Source: Hyphomicrobiales bacterium (lineage in GTDB: Bacteria; Pseudomonadota; Alphaproteobacteria; Rhizobiales; Beijerinckiaceae). Taken from it: a stretch of 64,000 nucleotides of DNA. The position numbers were made by a program, and so were the translations under genes. Location: contig JAIXSM010000002.1 of assembly GCA_027484655.1 (NCBI GenBank), forward strand, positions 18,249-82,248. The letters are read 5' to 3'. The notes beneath the pieces are model-generated. The model made no database searches. It saw nothing but the letters and a program-made list of their open reading frames with translations, and was not told the origin of the DNA. Below, in pieces: positions 60,009 through 64,000 of the stretch (position 1 is the stretch's first letter; each line of letters begins with the position of its first letter).

Positions 60009-60386
60009 ATGGCGCAGACCCTCTACACCAAGGACCACGAATACGTTCGCGTTGAAGGCGATGTCGGCGTGGTCGGCATTACCGACTACGCGCAGAACCA
60101 GCTGGGCGACGTGGTGTTCGTCGAGCTTCCCACCGTCGGCAAGGCGTTTCGCAAGGGCGAGCAGGCCGCCGTTGTGGAGAGCGTGAAAGCCGCGAGCGAG
60201 GTGTATGCGCCGATCTCGGGCGAAATCATCGACGCGAACGCCGCGCTGGAGGATGCGCCCGCTCTGGTGAACGAGGATTCCGCTGGCCGCGGCTGGTTCG
60301 TGAAGATGCGCGTCGCGGATCGCACGGAACTGGATGGCCTGATGGACGAGGCCGCCTACGCCGAATTTCTGAAGACCGTGGTTTGA
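60009..60386 (+). CDS. gcvH: Glycine cleavage system protein H
   Basis: [34 protein letters not shown] (lipoyl-Lys). Confidence 0.98.
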   Translation: MAQTLYTKDHEYVRVEGDVGVVGITDYAQNQLGDVVFVELPTVGKAFRKGEQAAVVESVKAASEVYAPISGEIIDANAALEDAPALVNEDSAGRGWFVKMRVADRTELDGLMDEAAYAEFLKTVV

Positions 60387-60419
60387 CGGCGCGGCTTTCG
60401 CGCAACCAAGGAGACCTCC

Positions 60420-61751
60420 GTGCGCTACCTGCCACTCACGCCCGATGATCGCGAGGATATGCTGCGGCGCATTGGCGTCGATCACATCGACGCGCTGTTC
60501 GCAGATGTGCCCGCCGACAAGTTGCTGCAGGCGCCGCCTGACCTTCCGCGTCGCAAGAGCGAGCTGGAGGTGGAGCGCGCGCTCTCCCGCATGGCCGCGC
60601 GCAACGTGGCGGCGTGCTCGGTTCCCTTCTTTGTCGGCGCGGGCGCTTACAAGCATCACGTGCCTGCGAGCGTGGATCATCTCATCCAGCGCTCGGAGTT
60701 TCTGACGAGCTACACGCCGTACCAGCCGGAAATCTCGCAGGGCACGTTGCAGATGCTCTTCGAGTTCCAGACGCAGGTGGCGAACCTCACCGGCATGGAG
60801 GTGGCCAACGCCTCCATGTACGATGGCTCGACCGGCTGCGGCGAGGCGACGCTCATGGCCCATCGCATCACGCGCCGGCGCCGCGCCGTGCTGTCGGGCG
60901 GTTTGCATCCGCACTACGCGGAGGTGGTGCGTACGCAGTCTGCGATGACGGGCGACGAGGTGGTGTCGCTGCCGCCGGATGTGCGCGCGCAGGAGGACAT
61001 CGCCGCGCATATCGACGACGATGTGTCCTGCGTCATCGTGCAAAGCCCGGATGTGTTCGGCAACCTGCGCGATCTCGCGCCCATCGCGAAGGCGTGCCAC
61101 GCGAAGGGCGCCTTGCTCATCGCCGTCTTCACCGAAGCTGTCTCGCTCGGGCTGGTCGAGCCGCCCGGCGCCATGGGGGCGGATATCGTTGTGGGCGAGG
61201 GCCAGTCCATCGGCAACGCGCTCAACTTTGGCGGGCCTCACGTGGGCCTGTTCGCCACGCGCCAGAAGTTCGTGCGCCAGATGCCGGGCCGTCTCGCCGG
61301 GCAGACGGTGGACGCGGAAGGCCGGCGTGGGTTCGTGCTCACCCTCTCCACTCGCGAACAGCACATCCGCCGCGAGAAGGCGACGTCGAACATCTGCACC
61401 AACTCGGGGCTGTGCGCGCTGGCGTTCTCCATCCACATGACGTTGCTTGGGCAAACGGGCCTGCGAAAGCTGGCTCGCGTCAATCACGCCAACGCCGTGA
61501 AGCTTGCGGACATGCTGGCGGATGCGGGCGTCGAGGTGCTCAACGAGACGTTCTTCAACGAGTTCACCGTGCGCGTGAAGGGCGATGCGGCTTCGCTCGT
61601 GGAGCGTATGGCGCAGGCCGGCGTGCTGGGCGGCGTGCCCGTTTCCCGGCTGCTGCCAGGCGCGGGGCTCGACGATCTGTTGCTCGTCGCCTCCACCGAA
61701 GTGAACACCAACGAAGACCGCGCCGCGCTCGTCGCCGCGCTCACACAGTAA
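60420..61751 (+). CDS. gcvPA: Glycine dehydrogenase subunit 1
   Basis: [51 protein letters not shown]. Confidence 0.97.
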   Translation: MRYLPLTPDDREDMLRRIGVDHIDALFADVPADKLLQAPPDLPRRKSELEVERALSRMAARNVAACSVPFFVGAGAYKHHVPASVDHLIQRSEFLTSYTPYQPEISQGTLQMLFEFQTQVANLTGMEVANASMYDGSTGCGEATLMAHRITRRRRAVLSGGLHPHYAEVVRTQSAMTGDEVVSLPPDVRAQEDIAAHIDDDVSCVIVQSPDVFGNLRDLAPIAKACHAKGALLIAVFTEAVSLGLVEPPGAMGADIVVGEGQSIGNALNFGGPHVGLFATRQKFVRQMPGRLAGQTVDAEGRRGFVLTLSTREQHIRREKATSNICTNSGLCALAFSIHMTLLGQTGLRKLARVNHANAVKLADMLADAGVEVLNETFFNEFTVRVKGDAASLVERMAQAGVLGGVPVSRLLPGAGLDDLLLVASTEVNTNEDRAALVAALTQ

Positions 61752-61766
61752 TTACGGGGGCTGGTC

Positions 61767-63344
61767 ATGCTGAACAATCAGGGTCGTCCCACGGGCGCTG
61801 GCGCGGTGGCTGAGAACGCGCACGCGCGCGAGACTTTTACGCGCAACCGCGGCCTCGCCATGGAGGAGCCGCTCATCTTCGAGGTTGGGCGCCTGGACTC
61901 GACCGGCGTCGATATCGACGAGCCGGAGCCGTTTACGCAGCGCCTCGGCAAGCACGCGCGCACGGCGCCCATCGATCTGCCGGGCCTCTCCGAGCCCGAG
62001 ACAATGCGCCATTATGTGCGCCTGTCGCAGAAGAATTACGCGATTGATCTGGGCCTCTATCCGCTGGGCTCGTGCACCATGAAGCACAACCCGCGCCTCA
62101 ATGAGCGCATGGCGCGCCTGCCGGGCTTTGGCGACATTCATCCGCTGCAGCCGGTCTCCACCGCGCAAGGCGCGCTGGAGCTGATGGATACGCTGGCAGG
62201 CTGGCTGATGGAGCTGACCGGCGCCAGCGCCGTCGCCATGTCGCCGAAGGCGGGCGCCCATGGCGAGGCGTGCGGGATGATGGCGATCAAGGCGGCCATC
62301 GAGGCGCGCGGCGAGGGCGCCCAGCGTCGCATCGTGCTGGTGCCCGAGAGCGCCCACGGCACCAATCCTGCGACCGCTGCGCTCATCGGCTATGAGGTGC
62401 GCGCGATCCCGGCGCGCGAGGATGGCACGGTGAGCGTGGACGCGGTGCGCGCTGCGCTTGGGCCCGAAGTCGCGGCGCTGATGCTCACCAACCCCAACAC
62501 CTGCGGCCTGTTCGAGCCGGAGGTTGTGGCGATTGCGGACGCGGTGCACGCGGCGGGCGCGTTCTTCTACTGCGACGGGGCGAACTTCAACGCCATCGTC
62601 GGCAAGGTGCGGCCGATGGATCTTGGCGTCGACGCCATGCACATCAATCTGCACAAGACGTTTTCAACGCCCCACGGCGGCGGCGGTCCGGGCGCCGGTC
62701 CGGTCGTTCTGTCGCCGGCGCTCGCGCCCTTCGCGCCAGCGCCGTTCGTGCGGCGCGACGGCTCCGCGTTCACCCTCGTGGAGAGCGCCGCGGGCGGGCA
62801 GGCGTTCGGCCGCATGACGGCCTTCCACGGCCAGATGGGCATGTTCGTGCGCGCCATGTCATACATGCTGTCCCATGGCGCGGACGGCATGCGGCAAGCC
62901 TCCGAGGACGCCGTGCTGAACGCCAACTATGTGCGCGTGTGCCTGTCAGATGTCATGTCCGCGCCGTTCGGCGAGCGCCCATGCATGCACGAGGCGCTGT
63001 TTGACGATACGTGGCTCAAGGGGTCTGGCGTCACCACGCTCGATTTCGCCAAGGCGATGATCGACGAGGGATACCATCCCATGACCATGTACTTCCCGCT
63101 CGTCGTCCATGGCGCGATGCTGATCGAGCCGACGGAGTCGGAAAGCCGCGCGTCGCTTGATCTGTTCATCATGACGCTGCGCGATCTCGCCTTCAGCGTG
63201 CAGCGCGGCGATGTGGAGCGCTTCTCGGGCGCGCCGTATCATGCGCCGCGTCGCAGGCTCGATGAGACGCGCGCCGCGCGCCAGCCGGTGCTGCGCTGGA
63301 CGAAGCCCCCGCCGGCGGACGGCTCGCGCATTGCAGCGGAGTAG
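61767..63344 (+). CDS. gcvPB: Glycine dehydrogenase subunit 2
   Basis: RHYVRLSQKN, YPLGSCTMK.NP, SAHGTNPA, DGANFNA, HINLHKTFSTPHGGGGPG. Confidence 0.97.
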   Translation: MLNNQGRPTGAGAVAENAHARETFTRNRGLAMEEPLIFEVGRLDSTGVDIDEPEPFTQRLGKHARTAPIDLPGLSEPETMRHYVRLSQKNYAIDLGLYPLGSCTMKHNPRLNERMARLPGFGDIHPLQPVSTAQGALELMDTLAGWLMELTGASAVAMSPKAGAHGEACGMMAIKAAIEARGEGAQRRIVLVPESAHGTNPATAALIGYEVRAIPAREDGTVSVDAVRAALGPEVAALMLTNPNTCGLFEPEVVAIADAVHAAGAFFYCDGANFNAIVGKVRPMDLGVDAMHINLHKTFSTPHGGGGPGAGPVVLSPALAPFAPAPFVRRDGSAFTLVESAAGGQAFGRMTAFHGQMGMFVRAMSYMLSHGADGMRQASEDAVLNANYVRVCLSDVMSAPFGERPCMHEALFDDTWLKGSGVTTLDFAKAMIDEGYHPMTMYFPLVVHGAMLIEPTESESRASLDLFIMTLRDLAFSVQRGDVERFSGAPYHAPRRRLDETRAARQPVLRWTKPPPADGSRIAAE

Positions 63345-63349
63345 GGCGC

Positions 63350-64000
63350 TCACCGCGCGAGGGTGAACAGGTTTTCGCCCGCGCGCGCGGCTTCCTTACG
63401 GCGCACCGCCTCGATGAAATAGGATTGCGAGGCTTGGGGCGGGGCGATCACGACCGCCATTTCTGGCGCCGTCAGTCCGCCGAACGCGGCGGGCTGGGGC
63501 GCGCGCCCGGAGAGATGAATCTCCCGTGCGCGGCGAAAGATTTCCCGCGGATCGTCTGGCGGGGCGCGTTCTTGCGTGCGGTTCTGCGCGCCCATGGCGG
63601 GCGCCATGATCGGCGCTGCGCCCTGGGCCTCTGCGCGCAGGCGCAGGGCGGCGAGGCGGATTCGCTCGTTCACGTCAGCGAGATTTGGCGGCGTTGCAAC
63701 TGGCGCGGGGGCTGCGTTCTGCCCACGCGCGGCCGCCGCCATCATCAGGGCCTGACGGGCCGCATCCTGCGTTCCGGGGGCTTCGCCGAAGCCCTTCGCG
63801 GCCGCAATCGCGCGCGCCTGGGTGAGCAGGTCCGGCGGGTTCGCTGCGCTGTCCTCCGCCAGCGCCTCTTTTGTTTTGGCCTCGGGCGCGGGGCGCGCAT
63901 CGGCCTGCGTTGCGGGCGCGACATGCGCATCCGCGAACTCGCCGTTGTATTGGGCGCACCCGGCAAGTTGAGCGGCGACGAACAGGGCGCCAAGGGCGCC
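63350..64000 (-). CDS. Hypothetical lipoprotein, start lies beyond the window edge
   Basis: Frame from 64000 reads GALGALFVAAQLAGCAQYNGEF... (lipobox LAGC) and continues without a stop into the 63350..63745 ORF. Confidence 0.75.
   Translation of the reverse strand, partial: GALGALFVAAQLAGCAQYNGEFADAHVAPATQADARPAPEAKTKEALAEDSAANPPDLLTQARAIAAAKGFGEAPGTQDAARQALMMAAAARGQNAAPAPVATPPNLADVNERIRLAALRLRAEAQGAAPIMAPAMGAQNRTQERAPPDDPREIFRRAREIHLSGRAPQPAAFGGLTAPEMAVVIAPPQASQSYFIEAVRRKEAARAGENLFTLAR

Noticed and set aside
60420-63344. Split gcvP as a frameshift or pseudogene
   Set aside because: Two-subunit GcvPA/GcvPB is a normal form of the enzyme; both genes have their own start and intact motifs.

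Overview
A 64-kb, very GC-rich stretch of an alphaproteobacterial chromosome; gene order and content point to Hyphomicrobiales/Rhizobiales (inference). Mostly core genes: purD, xseA, msrB, trxC, lpxK-waaA, rsmE, ubiA, gshA, ispH, thrB-rnhA, thrC, the aa3-type cox operon, and the glycine-riboswitch-controlled gcvT-H-PA-PB operon. The first 14.6 kb is catabolic/accessory: iorAB-like molybdoenzyme with a divergent cytochrome c, PhoX, isochorismatase-family hydrolase, a partial 3-hydroxybenzoate/gentisate cluster with a MarR regulator, a fluoroacetate-dehalogenase homologue and a Tat-exported metallo-beta-lactamase-fold hydrolase. I recognised no tRNA, rRNA, CRISPR array, integrase or transposase. 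Best candidates for something undescribed: (1) an intact NYN/PIN-fold RNase gene inserted between ispH and thrB, behind a promoter, a short structured RNA and a strong terminator, which is the layout of an RNA-antitoxin (type III-like) module; (2) a degenerate chorismate-mutase domain fused to a SAM methyltransferase, divergent from a PhnZ-like HD protein; (3) a lower-GC islet with an orphan, catalytically altered HlyC-like acyltransferase and an outer-membrane barrel, beside a phosphoesterase + Ser/Thr kinase-USP pair; (4) an unannotated candidate sRNA, a 29-aa membrane peptide with a CtrA-like box, and a family of composite REP/MITE-like repeats. All family assignments come from motif recognition by eye; no database search was run.
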